Assembly: GCA_963775465.1 (NCBI GenBank)
Contig: CAVZIW010000001.1
Coordinates: forward strand, 352,001 to 416,000
DNA from: Candidatus Bathyarchaeota archaeon
Lineage (GTDB): Archaea > Thermoproteota > Bathyarchaeia > Bathyarchaeales > Bathycorpusculaceae
Reading direction: 5' to 3'
Length of the DNA stretch: 64,000 nucleotides
Position numbers and translations under genes: made by a program. Shown piece after piece: positions 19,883-29,931 of this stretch (its first letter is position 1; each line of letters opens with the position of its first letter). Under the pieces are notes generated by a model that did no database searches, had not been told where the DNA came from, and saw only the letters and a program-made list of their open reading frames with translations.

Positions 19883-20521
19883 TTGTTTAGACCAATCGAT
19901 ATAGTTCAGTGTTTTCATAACGCGTTCAGAAGAGACATTTTTGAGATAGATGAAAGTGCCTTGAAGATCGCGAGTTTCAGCGGAGATATTGGTTTAGTAT
20001 TTGATAGGCTACATATTTTGGGTGAAATCTTGGACTATCATGCTAAAGGTGAGGAGGCAGCAGTTTTTCCAGCCGTCGACAAACTCAGACCTTTTGCTTC
20101 ACCAGGTTACCTATTTGATCATCACGAACTCGATAGCATGGTTGAAGCCTTGGAAGAGATCCGGAAAAAGCCCGATGTTTTGGCAACAGCTCGGGCAACG
20201 GCTGTGTTGCATTCGCATCTGCGAATACATTTAGATAAAGAAGATTTGTACCTTTATCCGATTCTAAGAGAACAAACGACAGATGACGAACAAGTAGCGG
20301 TTGGAATAATTATGTCGAGCAAAATACCACCGGAACGTTTTCCAGATCTCGCTCAGTGGTTGTTACCCTTGCTCAGTCTTAATGACCAAGTTATGGTGGT
20401 CAAAGGGTGGATGACGATGATGCCTCCACCGGTTTTCACGAATGCTAAGTTGCTAATTAGGAAGAACGTTGGAGATAATTGGGTTAAGATTGTTAATCTG
20501 ATTCCGCAATTATCTGAGTAG
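19883..20521 (+). CDS. Hemerythrin/HHE cation-binding domain protein
   Basis: HNAFRRD, HAKGEE, HHELD, HLDKED motifs; GGAGG SD. Confidence 0.85.
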   Translation: MFRPIDIVQCFHNAFRRDIFEIDESALKIASFSGDIGLVFDRLHILGEILDYHAKGEEAAVFPAVDKLRPFASPGYLFDHHELDSMVEALEEIRKKPDVLATARATAVLHSHLRIHLDKEDLYLYPILREQTTDDEQVAVGIIMSSKIPPERFPDLAQWLLPLLSLNDQVMVVKGWMTMMPPPVFTNAKLLIRKNVGDNWVKIVNLIPQLSE

Positions 20522-20694
20522 AAATAATTTCTGTTTTGGAGCTTAAGTTTTAACAAGACACATTCAATTCGTTTGAAAACGAGCTGTTATCTTCTTGAGA
20601 TAAATGCTTAGGAGATAAAAAATTGTCTAAGCAGAAAAGAGCAGTTAAATAACTCTGATCAGAATTATCACGATACGGACAGGGTTTTTAGCAA

Positions 20695-21609
20695 GTGGCA
20701 CCAAACGATATAAAAAAGGGAGCGATAATTGCCCAAGTTGCTTTCTTAATAGTTCTGGCTGTAGGAGTAGCAGAAGTTGTTGTTGCTTCATTTGCCACCA
20801 GCGTAGCGTTGCTGGCTGACGGAATCCAATCAATCGCCACTTCATTAATATTCCTAGTAGTATGGGTCGGCATAAAACTCTCGGAACGATCACCCGATGG
20901 CACCTTTCATTTCGGTTACTATCGGGTAGAAGCTTTGGGGAGTCTAATCGCCGCCTTCGTTTTGTCCATTTTTGGCGGTTTTGTTCTTTTCCAAGCTTAT
21001 GACTCATGGGTAACGAAGAGAACAGTTGCCAATGCAGAGATCGCTATCTTATTTGCAGCCATTTCTGCAGTGATTATTCTGTTAGCATCTGTTTGGATTA
21101 ACCGAACCTCAAAAAAAATAGGTTCAACAGCCCTGTTGGTTGGTGGGTTAAGTGGCGTGTTAGATGCGCTCTCATCAGTTGCCGTATTAATTGGAGTTGT
21201 TTCAAGTACGTATTTGGGTATATTACATGCAGATTCAATCGCAGGAATTCTGATTGCCGGAGCTATTTTTGTTGGTGCCTATTCAATTTTCAAGGAATCA
21301 TCTTTGGTGCTAGTTGACGCTTGTAGTTGCGGAGATTTAGTTGGTACAATTGGCGAAATAACAAGAAGCATTAAGGGCATAAAGGATGTTCACAATATTC
21401 GCATAAGAAAACTCGGACCTTACATTACAGGAGATATGCACGTAGTTGTTTCAAGTGATATGTTGGTTAAAGAAGCGGATCAAATTGCTACCCAAGTTGA
21501 AGAGAAGATAAAGGTGATGTTTGACAAAGTCTTGGATTTCAAGATTAGAATTGAATCTGACGAAGGTCACATCAGACATTCGAAAGAATTACCAATAGAT
21601 AGAAGCTGA
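20695..21609 (+). CDS. Cation diffusion facilitator (CDF) transporter
   Basis: SVALLADGIQS, PDGTFHFGYYRVE, 6 TM, C-terminal dimerisation domain (DVHNIRIRKLG). Confidence 0.92.
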   Translation: MAPNDIKKGAIIAQVAFLIVLAVGVAEVVVASFATSVALLADGIQSIATSLIFLVVWVGIKLSERSPDGTFHFGYYRVEALGSLIAAFVLSIFGGFVLFQAYDSWVTKRTVANAEIAILFAAISAVIILLASVWINRTSKKIGSTALLVGGLSGVLDALSSVAVLIGVVSSTYLGILHADSIAGILIAGAIFVGAYSIFKESSLVLVDACSCGDLVGTIGEITRSIKGIKDVHNIRIRKLGPYITGDMHVVVSSDMLVKEADQIATQVEEKIKVMFDKVLDFKIRIESDEGHIRHSKELPIDRS

Positions 21610-21771
21610 ATCGGTCGGTGAAAGGCGACTTTGCTAATTATTGATCTTTTTAACATTATTGAATGATTTTGAGATAGTTATTTTGTTCTTGCCAATTTTT
21701 TTGAGTATAGTTTCTTAAAAGAACATGTTCTGAGAAGTCGGTTTGCAGGCCGACATTTGTCGTAGTTATGT

Positions 21772-21875
21772 ATTATCACAGATGTATTAATTGTGCTAGC
21801 AGCAGCCCTTCTTGTTGGCAAAATATTTGAGCGATTCTGTGTTTTCTTTCAGTGGTCGGGAAAATTGTAGGCTGA
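21772..21875 (+). pseudogene. N-terminal remnant of a cation:proton antiporter (CPA2-like)
   Basis: IITDVLIVLAAALLVGKIFERF then frameshifted SVVGKIVG*, resembling the CPA2 TM1-TM2 pattern. Confidence 0.45.
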
Positions 21876-21947
21876 AGTTAAATATTCTAACTAACTGCCG
21901 GATTGTCATTTGTGTAGGTAATTTTGTTCTAAGCTTAGAAAACCTTT

Positions 21948-21983
21948 ATATGAATAGTTATTCATATGATAAATAATTCATGT
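21948..21983 (+). promoter_or_regulatory. ArsR/SmtB-type operator overlapping the TATA box
   Basis: Perfect inverted repeat ATATGAATA-GT-TATTCATAT at 21948-21967 plus a degenerate overlapping copy at 21964-21983, directly upstream of the arsR-family gene. Confidence 0.75.
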
Positions 21984-21994
21984 AAGGTGAATAT

Positions 21995-22315
21995 ATGAAA
22001 AAAGGATTAACCAACACATGCCACCGCTTCTTCACAAACTTAGCAAACCCAACTAGACTTGCCACCATAGAACAATTAATGCAAAGACCAATGAGTGTTA
22101 ACGAACTTGCAAACGCTCTTAATCAGGAACAAAGCATGATCTCACACAACCTCAAACCCTTACTCGAATGCAACCTTGTTACAAGTGAAAAATTGGGCAG
22201 AAAACACGTTTACACTTTAAACCAAGAAACCATCCTGCCCATCTTTTCCATAATTCAGAATCATGCACAAAAATATTGCCCTACAAACGGGAAATGTCTC
22301 AAAGGAGGAAAATAA
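21995..22315 (+). CDS. ArsR/SmtB family metalloregulator
   Basis: FTNLANPTRL...SVNELA...QSMISHNLKPL HTH; Cys/His at both termini. Confidence 0.9.
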   Translation: MKKGLTNTCHRFFTNLANPTRLATIEQLMQRPMSVNELANALNQEQSMISHNLKPLLECNLVTSEKLGRKHVYTLNQETILPIFSIIQNHAQKYCPTNGKCLKGGK

Positions 22316-22966
22316 ATGAAAAGAAAAATTGTAAATATAAACGAAGAACTCTGTAACGGATGTGGCAACTGTATTCCTAAATGTGTAGAAGGAGCTCTGC
22401 AAATAGTAAACGGCAAAGCAAAAATAATCAAAGACACATATTGCGACGGGTTGGGAGCTTGCCTGGGTGAGTGCCCGCAAGGTGCAATTACTATAACAGA
22501 ACGCGAAGCAGAAGCCTTTGATCAAGAAGAAGTGCACCAATACCTAAAAACAAAGGCAACCACAGCACAATTAACTCAAGTTCCAAAAAATTCAACTCCC
22601 CAAAAACCTCAGTGGCCAGTTAAATTGAATCTCGTTCCAGTTAAAGCTCCATTTTTCGATAACGCAAACCTGTTGTTAGCTGCTGATTGCGCACCTATTG
22701 CCGTTAAAAATTTTCATGACATGTTCATGCCACAGAAAAGAGTTATCATTGGGTGCCCAAAATTTGATGATGCTCGGGTTTATGCCCAGAAACTAACAGA
22801 AATCTTAAAACAAAATGACATCGCTTCCGTGACCGTTGTTCATATGGAGGTTCCTTGTTGCACTGGCTTGAAATGGGCTGTAAACAAGGCACTTGAACTA
22901 TCAGATAAGAAAATTCCAGTTAAAGAGTATGAGATAAAGATTGGAGGTGAAATTGTTGAGCTTTAA
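22316..22966 (+). CDS. 4Fe-4S ferredoxin-domain protein
   Basis: CNGCGNCIPKC and CDGLGACLGECP; C-terminal QWPVKL, AADC, GCPKFD, MEVPCC. Confidence 0.9.
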   Translation: MKRKIVNINEELCNGCGNCIPKCVEGALQIVNGKAKIIKDTYCDGLGACLGECPQGAITITEREAEAFDQEEVHQYLKTKATTAQLTQVPKNSTPQKPQWPVKLNLVPVKAPFFDNANLLLAADCAPIAVKNFHDMFMPQKRVIIGCPKFDDARVYAQKLTEILKQNDIASVTVVHMEVPCCTGLKWAVNKALELSDKKIPVKEYEIKIGGEIVEL

Positions 22967-23210
22967 TAATAAACCTCAAGAAAAAAACCCTCAAACTTGC
23001 CCTGGGTTGAGAGATCTGCTACAGCCTAAACCCTCATACATTAAGTGCCATGTTTGTGGAAGTGACTTAGAAATCTGGAGCGATGAGGACAAGACAACGT
23101 GTTCTGAATGTGGCGCGGAGTGGAAGCGTCCCGACAAGACTGCTGCTTGCTTAGAGTATTGTGAATTTGCCGACAAATGTAGAGGAATAATAGAATCAAG
23201 GAAAAACTGA
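22956..23210 (+). CDS. Cys-rich double Zn-ribbon protein
   Basis: CPG...CHVCG...EIWSDE...CSECG...CLEYCEFADKC; TTG start after GGAGGTGA SD (22953 or 22956). Confidence 0.8.
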   Translation: MSFNNKPQEKNPQTCPGLRDLLQPKPSYIKCHVCGSDLEIWSDEDKTTCSECGAEWKRPDKTAACLEYCEFADKCRGIIESRKN

Positions 23211-23732
23211 AAAATAGTCCCACTTTTTTGTTAAAGGCTCTCTCAATCCTGTGGATGGATTGAGACAAGAAATTGTTCTATCTCAACAGTTTACTATTGT
23301 GTTAGGTTTCAGGTTTGGTTACTTTTGAATGCCATTTTTGTGGTGAAATACTTGAAGTTCAGCCCTATGACTGAATACATGGGCTCTTTCTCTTTAGTTC
23401 CGCCAATTGCTAGAAGCTTTCGTTGTAACAGAATAAAAGAAAAGCATCAATGTGAAAATTCGAAGTGCAAAAAGGACGCTAATGATTTTCTGGATTAAAG
23501 TCAATTGAGTATTCTTTGCAGAATCTAAGACACTCACAATTGAATTATGAAAAGTAAAAGGAAAAATTCTATTTTTATTATCTTACCAAGTTTTTTTCAT
23601 ACTCTTGTCGCCGTAACGGGTATAGTTGCGATAAATTGTTGTTGGATAACTTAAACAACATAGTAATCGACACAATAGAGTGGCTATTTCAAATAACGAA
23701 AAATAAAGGCTGCTAGTAAAAATTAAGAGTCA

Positions 23733-24278
23733 CTATCTTCTACTGAGGTGCTCTTTGTATACTTCAGTTCGCCATTTCCTCTCCCAACTTGCCCATCCAG
23801 TTTTTACCAAGCCTTCTCTAACATGAGGATTCTCGGCGACCCATTCAACAAAATGCCAGAATCGCTGCTTACCATCTAATAAGTCCCTTGGCATACCTTT
23901 CTCCACACACCAACGAACATAAGCATCTTCAACGGTTTTTCGGAAATCACCAGTAGATTGGACTTCTTCAACCTTAAACCCCTTGTCCTGCAAGCGCCTA
24001 GCCACCGTAGACAAAATGTATTCTGAGCAGACCTTAAAACAAGTTTCAGAATCTGCTTGCATGACGTCCACCAACTCATCGGCAATCCGATCAGCCTCCG
24101 ACAGATACCTTTTATTTTTGAAATTAGGCGGTTGAAAACATTCAGTTGAAATTCTGCGTTCAAACACAATCGATTGAGGGGGCTTAATGGCACAAATAAC
24201 AACGCCTAACAAAAGATCACTCCATCCTGAAGCGTCGATTATAATCATTTTTCCCGGAAGGTAACAGTCCAGAGCCAA
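23733..24278 (-). CDS. Hypothetical protein (possible RNase H-like fold)
   Basis: 181 aa; IIIDASGWSDLLLGVVI resembles an RNase H-like first strand; KTGW motif. Confidence 0.65.
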   Translation of the reverse strand: MALDCYLPGKMIIIDASGWSDLLLGVVICAIKPPQSIVFERRISTECFQPPNFKNKRYLSEADRIADELVDVMQADSETCFKVCSEYILSTVARRLQDKGFKVEEVQSTGDFRKTVEDAYVRWCVEKGMPRDLLDGKQRFWHFVEWVAENPHVREGLVKTGWASWERKWRTEVYKEHLSRR

Positions 24279-24423
24279 AGATAATCCTCAGTTTTTTATC
24301 AATCGTAGTTTAGTACTATAACAGTTTAGCTATTTATCAACAATCATAAATCGAAAAATTTATTCAAGAGCAAACAAATAAATGTTCTTGACACATTCTA
24401 ATTGATTAGGAGTGCTATTTTTT

Positions 24424-24981
24424 ATGAGTGAAAAAAAGAAATCAACAAAAGATGCATCCAAACCTTCTGACATAACTATTTCAAAAAGTAAAACCCCAAA
24501 ACAAAAAAGAAAAACAAAAAGAGCCACCGCCATTAAGCCAGCGAGCCAGCAAGATGTCTGGCAAGCTTTCGATGATGCATTTGAAAGTTTCAGAAATGAT
24601 TTTGAAAACTTGCTTTTCCCAGTAAACGTTGATAGTATCCTTGCTCAGGTACCTGAAGTTCGAGTTCCAGCTGTAGATTTGGAAGATAGAGAAAAAGACT
24701 TCCTCTTAAAAGCTGAAATGCCTGGTTTTAAAAAAGAAGATATCGAAATTTCTGTTGCTGAAGACGGAGTCGAAATTTCAGGGATGGCAGGTTGGAAGTA
24801 CAGCGAAAAAGAACAGGATTATATCTGCAAAGAAAGAGCTTGCAAGTCCTTCTACCGTTACGTTGATTTACCTGAAGAAATCAAAGTTGATGATGTAGAC
24901 GCTATGATAAACGATGGTGTACTCGAGGTAATACTGCCCAAAAAACAACCGAAGAAAACACGAAAGGTCAGTATAAAATAA
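24424..24981 (+). CDS. Hsp20/alpha-crystallin small heat-shock protein
   Basis: PAVDLED, AEMPGFKKEDI, ER...FYRYVDLPEEI, DGVLEVILPK, C-terminal VSI. Confidence 0.93.
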   Translation: MSEKKKSTKDASKPSDITISKSKTPKQKRKTKRATAIKPASQQDVWQAFDDAFESFRNDFENLLFPVNVDSILAQVPEVRVPAVDLEDREKDFLLKAEMPGFKKEDIEISVAEDGVEISGMAGWKYSEKEQDYICKERACKSFYRYVDLPEEIKVDDVDAMINDGVLEVILPKKQPKKTRKVSIK

Positions 24982-25073
24982 TTTCACCCTTTTTTATTTG
25001 TCTGTTCTGTAACTAGTTCGAGTTGTTTCAGCCAACATTTTTGCTTCGTTTTGGCGTAATTTTTTTTCTTTGA

Positions 25074-25227
25074 GGATGGGTTATTGTTGAGTGTTCCCAT
25101 CCAATCTTTTGGTGGCGGGGAGGTTTGCTTTTTTGGTTCTGAATGTTTTTCAGTTGCTGTTGGGATGGGAGATGTGTTTTTTTGTTTGTAATCTATGCTG
25201 GGTTAGGTTGGATGGGATGAGGATGGG
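25074..25227. repeat. Dispersed GGATGGG motif cluster (4 direct, 1 inverted)
   Basis: GGATGGG at 25074, 25163, 25210, 25221; CCCATCC at 25096. Confidence 0.6.
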
Positions 25228-25557
25228 GGAGCTTGTCGTATTTCTATGAAGGGTGGACTATATTTAGAAACATTGGTAAAACTAACCATTAGAGCTAAAT
25301 ATTCAGTGAATATTGACTCCTCAGCTTGTCTTTCGTTCTAACTCTGGTCAAAGAGGTGTAGTCGATTTTTCCGACTTAAAAATCTTTGAGAATACTTTGT
25401 TTTGGATATATTCTATTCTAAGTAATAATTATCTAAATCAAATAATTCTTCAAAGAAATATCGCTTTTATTTCAACAACCTCAAATTGAATTTACTGGAT
25501 GAACTTTATGCTGAAAGGAGATATGAAGGCTAATAGTCAAGAGAAGCTTGCAGAAAG

Positions 25558-25872
25558 ATGCCGGAAAGCGTTAGAAAAAAGCTATGGCATGGAAATTCCA
25601 ATGCCGAAAAGCAAACCAAAGAGACACCGGTTATTCAAAAGAGGCGTCTATTAATGAGCAAAGCGAGATTTATTGACTCAATAAAAGGCAAGAATCAAGT
25701 CATAAACGAGCCGGAAAAATTAAAAATTGTATCGAAGATAGAAGAAAAGAAAAGACTATCAAGTGAAGAGTTTCTCAAAACCTACGATTCATTATGGAAA
25801 GACGGCCCCTCGATTTCTTACAATAAACCTGAAGTCCGACTTAGAGAATTTAAGACTAAATCAGATGCATAA
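25558..25872 (+). CDS. Hypothetical basic protein
   Basis: 104-aa ORF; no family recognised; start uncertain. Confidence 0.5.
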   Translation: MPESVRKKLWHGNSNAEKQTKETPVIQKRRLLMSKARFIDSIKGKNQVINEPEKLKIVSKIEEKKRLSSEEFLKTYDSLWKDGPSISYNKPEVRLREFKTKSDA

Positions 25873-26091
25873 TTTGATGGAAAGCCCATAATTTCATAAC
25901 TATTTAACTTTGTCAATTTGCCTATCACGGCAGGGCTATTTTAACTATTCATTCTGATTTGAATCGTTCTATTTTGGGAACGATAAAAAGAAGACATTGA
26001 TGACTTATCGTCATTTAATTTCCTATTTAAAACTAAACAAAGTTTTTAAGTGTTTATACTATAGCAAGTAACACGATATAATAAAGTATTT

Positions 26092-28074
26092 GTGTTAGAC
26101 ACATTCAAGCGAGAGCGAAAAATGGAACAACATTTAACTTCCGAAGTTCCGGCTTATGCCGCAATAATTGATACCTCAACCAAAAAAAATCTAGATAGAG
26201 AATCGCTAATTCAACTCCTCAGACGCCACAAAGTCAGAACCAGTTTCATTGAAAAAACCGAAACAAACATAGAAGACATAATCTCGGTGTTAAGGAAAGC
26301 AAAAACAAACTTGCCTCACACATTCTTTAAAGATCTAGCATCCAAAATGGAATTGCCATATATTAAACATCAAAGGATTAGAGAGCTGTATCAAGAAAAG
26401 AAAAATTCGGAATTATTGACTATCTTACCTTACCCAATCATAGTAAAATACAAAATTATTCCTATATCTATCAAAGGCACAAACATAGAATTAGCTGTAG
26501 ACAACCCATTAGATCCTAGAGTTTTAGTAGCAGCAAAATACTTGTTTGGAACTCGAATAATTAATCTTAACGTTGCTTCAACCAAATCGATTGAATGGGC
26601 AATAGACAAAATTTATAATAAAATCCACAAAGATAAAGCAATGCTTGATTTATACAATCGTTCTCCAGATCAATCTGCATATAGAGTTGTGTATCCAAAG
26701 CAAAAATATCTTATAATTGCTGCAATCTCGACAATAATCGTAGGCAGCGTCATAAGTCCTTTAATTACTTTAATCGTTTTATTTTCTTTTGTCAGTTTTG
26801 TCTATTTTATAGTTAACCCAGTTAAAATTTACGTATCTTTTAGGGGATTTCGAGGAGCAAGAACGTCAACAAGCATTTCAGATGGGCGGGTTTCAGATAA
26901 AGATCTCCCAACTTACACAATTTTGATCCCAGTTTTTCATGAAGCTGAAGTGCTTGCTCAAATTTTAAGAAATATTTATCGCATAAACTACCCAAAAGAA
27001 AAGTTGGATATTAAAATCTTGATGGAAGAAAAGGACGAGGAGACAATAGCTGAAGCAAAACTTCTAGGCTTATTTGGCTCCGCTAAGAAATTTGTAGAAG
27101 GTATTCCAAAGAAAGAATATATTGATTTTTTAAAATGTTTTGATCCAATAATTGTACCCGCTGCCAAAATAACAACAAAACCTAGAGCGTGCAACTATGG
27201 CCTGTTGAGATCAAAAGGAAAATTATGTGTAATCTATGACGCCGAAGATGACCCAAACCCAGATCAGCTGAGAAAAGCAGCAACAGTTTTTCTTAATTCA
27301 AGTAAAGATGTTGCGTGTTTGCAGTCTAAACTCAACTTCTATAACGCAGACGAAAACATCCTTACAAAATGGTTCTCGATAGAATATGCGAATTGGTTTG
27401 AGTTCTATTTGCAGGGGCTTGATTGGATAGAAGCCCCAATTCCATTAGGCGGGACAAGCAACCATTTTCGAAAAGAATGCTTAGACGCTCTTGGCAGATG
27501 GGATCCATACAACGTTACGGAAGACGCTGATATTGGGATAAGGTTAGCTCGTCAGAAACTAAAAACTGAAATAATTGATTCATACACGTACGAGGAAGCA
27601 ACAAAATCCATCAGAAGTTGGGTTAAGCAGAGGTCAAGATGGTACAAAGGACACCTTCAAACTTATCTTGTTCACATGCGTAATCCAGCAGGTCTTTTAA
27701 AAGATTTAGGGCTCGCAAAATTTGCGAAGTTACAACTGACTTTCGGAGCGGGAGTTTTTATGCCTGTAATAAATCCCCTTCTGTGGATTTTTACTGCTGT
27801 TGCCTTTTTAGTTCCTGCACATTTTAGTTTTCTTTCGTCAAGCATACTTCAGTTGATATGCATTACTAATCTTTTGATTGGAAATCTTTCCTATTTAGCA
27901 ATATACACTATGTCTTGTATGAAACTGAAAAAAAATCGGTTGATTCCTTATGCCTTGGTGATGCCTCTATATTGGGCGCTCTTAAGTATAGCTAGTTGGA
28001 GAGGTTTAATTCAACTGATTATAAATCCTTTCTATTGGGACAAGACTAAACATGGATTGACAAAATTAAAATAA
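26092..28074 (+). CDS. GT2 membrane glycosyltransferase with N-terminal T2SSE_N (GspE/PilB N-domain-like) region
   Basis: N-terminal KYKIIPI...ELAVDNPLD; GT2 motifs TKPRACNYG, YDAED, LGGTSNHF, TEDAD, QRSRW; C-terminal TMs and WDKTKHG. Confidence 0.88.
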   Translation: MLDTFKRERKMEQHLTSEVPAYAAIIDTSTKKNLDRESLIQLLRRHKVRTSFIEKTETNIEDIISVLRKAKTNLPHTFFKDLASKMELPYIKHQRIRELYQEKKNSELLTILPYPIIVKYKIIPISIKGTNIELAVDNPLDPRVLVAAKYLFGTRIINLNVASTKSIEWAIDKIYNKIHKDKAMLDLYNRSPDQSAYRVVYPKQKYLIIAAISTIIVGSVISPLITLIVLFSFVSFVYFIVNPVKIYVSFRGFRGARTSTSISDGRVSDKDLPTYTILIPVFHEAEVLAQILRNIYRINYPKEKLDIKILMEEKDEETIAEAKLLGLFGSAKKFVEGIPKKEYIDFLKCFDPIIVPAAKITTKPRACNYGLLRSKGKLCVIYDAEDDPNPDQLRKAATVFLNSSKDVACLQSKLNFYNADENILTKWFSIEYANWFEFYLQGLDWIEAPIPLGGTSNHFRKECLDALGRWDPYNVTEDADIGIRLARQKLKTEIIDSYTYEEATKSIRSWVKQRSRWYKGHLQTYLVHMRNPAGLLKDLGLAKFAKLQLTFGAGVFMPVINPLLWIFTAVAFLVPAHFSFLSSSILQLICITNLLIGNLSYLAIYTMSCMKLKKNRLIPYALVMPLYWALLSIASWRGLIQLIINPFYWDKTKHGLTKLK

Positions 28075-28393
28075 GCAAGAAAATAAATTCTTTATAAATA
28101 TTCTTTTTTGCCCTCTGAATGGAATAACTTTTTTGAAGTTAGTTTCATTGGTGTTTGTCTCTTTTTCTGCAAGTTCATTAACTTTAAACAGGTGTTGATG
28201 TTGACCGTTTTAATTCTATGAAGATCTTAAGAGATCAAAGTATTGTTTGGATAGTAATTTTGAGACTTGTTTTGTAATCCGTTATCTTTTTCGTTCAACC
28301 CATATAATAGCAAATATTAATATTGAAGATTTACGATATTATTTGCAAGAGTCAAATTAATCTCATACAGAAATAATGATGAGGTGAATAAAA

Positions 28394-28804
28394 ACGAGTG
28401 AAGAGTCATCTTTAATTTGCCCAAACAAAGATTGCGGGAGAGCTTTCACAAAACCACTTTCTACACAAAACATAGAAAGAGACTCTAGAAAAACCTATAA
28501 TGCATGCCCTTATTGCCTAACGGAATTATCCTCAGATGAAATTGAGAATGAAGCACAAATAGAAAAAGAAGATTCTGAATCAGAACTTAAAGAAAAACAA
28601 TATTTTGAAAGTTCAGAAGACGAATACAAAGTATCAAATCAAGAAATAAATGTTGATAGCTTTAATCAAAATAACGAAAACAAATCAGAATGCAAATATC
28701 ATATAGGTTACTTAGGTGAAGAGAAACACGACCAAATACCTGATGAATGCTTGGTTTGCTTGAAAATAATTGAATGTATGCACCAAAAATCCAAGAATAA
28801 TTAA
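28394..28804 (+). CDS. Cys-rich putative Zn-binding protein, 136 aa, apparent ACG start (not in ORF track)
   Basis: Open frame of 137 codons including stop: CPNKDCG...CPYC, acidic linker, CKYHIGYL...PDECLVC...EC; GAGGTGA SD at 28381-28387 contains an in-frame TGA. Confidence 0.75.
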   Translation, partial: TSEESSLICPNKDCGRAFTKPLSTQNIERDSRKTYNACPYCLTELSSDEIENEAQIEKEDSESELKEKQYFESSEDEYKVSNQEINVDSFNQNNENKSECKYHIGYLGEEKHDQIPDECLVCLKIIECMHQKSKNN

Positions 28805-29150
28805 GGATTGCCAATAGCAATAAACTTCAAAAAATCAAAATTCGAACAAGAGCGCACACAATACAAATCGCTGAAAGTTTCTATTCAGTCAGACTGCTAA
28901 TTCTAAATTCTCAGTGTTGAGAGGAATTTTACGCATAAGTTGCTTTTGCTCCAAAAGACAAATTTTCTTTTTAGCCAAATTATGTGGACAAATTTCATTT
29001 TGGTTATTTATCTTTCAAAAGACATAATTCCATATATTATATATTTATATACAAGATACGCGAAATAATTGTTGAATCGCCAATAGTGACTATGGATTCA
29101 TAGTGCTTATGTAGAAAATAAACAAAGTAAACAAGCAAACAGGTGTACAA

Positions 29151-29702
29151 ATGGCAAAATCTAGAGTAAAGATGAACAACCAAGAACGCGATAGAGTGTT
29201 TTTAGCTCTAGATACAATGAACGAGTTCGATGAATGCACCCAAAAAAAGGTCAACTTTCCATACAATAGAACATTTTCCACAAGGCGTGAAGAAGAAAAA
29301 AGAACAGAACAATCAGCGAGTTGTAATGAACCGAAATCTGAAGAATTTGATAGATTACTTCTTGAATCCATAGATGAAGCATTAGCATCATTAGGAGAGA
29401 CCGTAAAAAAATCAATATATCAACATCTGCAGAATGATTTCGGGATAAGGAAAAGCGAAATACCAACCGAGATCCTTGATTTTTCAGACATTATACATAA
29501 AATTTTTGGTCTAGGGGCAACTCCACTGGAAATTAAGTTTATGATGAACCTGAATTCAAAAATCAAAATTGAAGTTTACTGGCCTGAGACCAACGGACCA
29601 TGCTCCAGATGGTTTGTAACAGATTTATCATTCACAGAATATGTTGCCAACATGCGAAAAAACTATGCTGATGCTAAAAAAGGCTGCCGAGTCAAGCTAT
29701 AA
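29151..29702 (+). CDS. DUF3227/NitrOD5-like helical signalling-output domain protein
   Basis: LLESIDEALASLGETVKKSIYQHL...EIP...FSDIIHKIFGLGA pattern. Confidence 0.65.
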   Translation: MAKSRVKMNNQERDRVFLALDTMNEFDECTQKKVNFPYNRTFSTRREEEKRTEQSASCNEPKSEEFDRLLLESIDEALASLGETVKKSIYQHLQNDFGIRKSEIPTEILDFSDIIHKIFGLGATPLEIKFMMNLNSKIKIEVYWPETNGPCSRWFVTDLSFTEYVANMRKNYADAKKGCRVKL

Positions 29703-29931
29703 TTCTACATGTTTACAAACAATGAAAAAAGAAAACAAAAAATTGGAACATTTACGTAGGTTTGGTGTATCTTCATAAAAAAGTATACGAAAACAAGAAA
29801 AAATTTCTTCAATTCTGAACAGAATAAAAGGCAAAATTGCAGGACAGGCAACAAGTTGAACAGAATTAGTAAGCTGAATCGTAAATTCGCAATCTATTAT
29901 TTTCAATCTATTAATCTTCAATCATACCACA

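Noticed and set aside
23318-23375. CHFCG-containing short frame
   Set aside because: Only one knuckle before a stop; at most a remnant.
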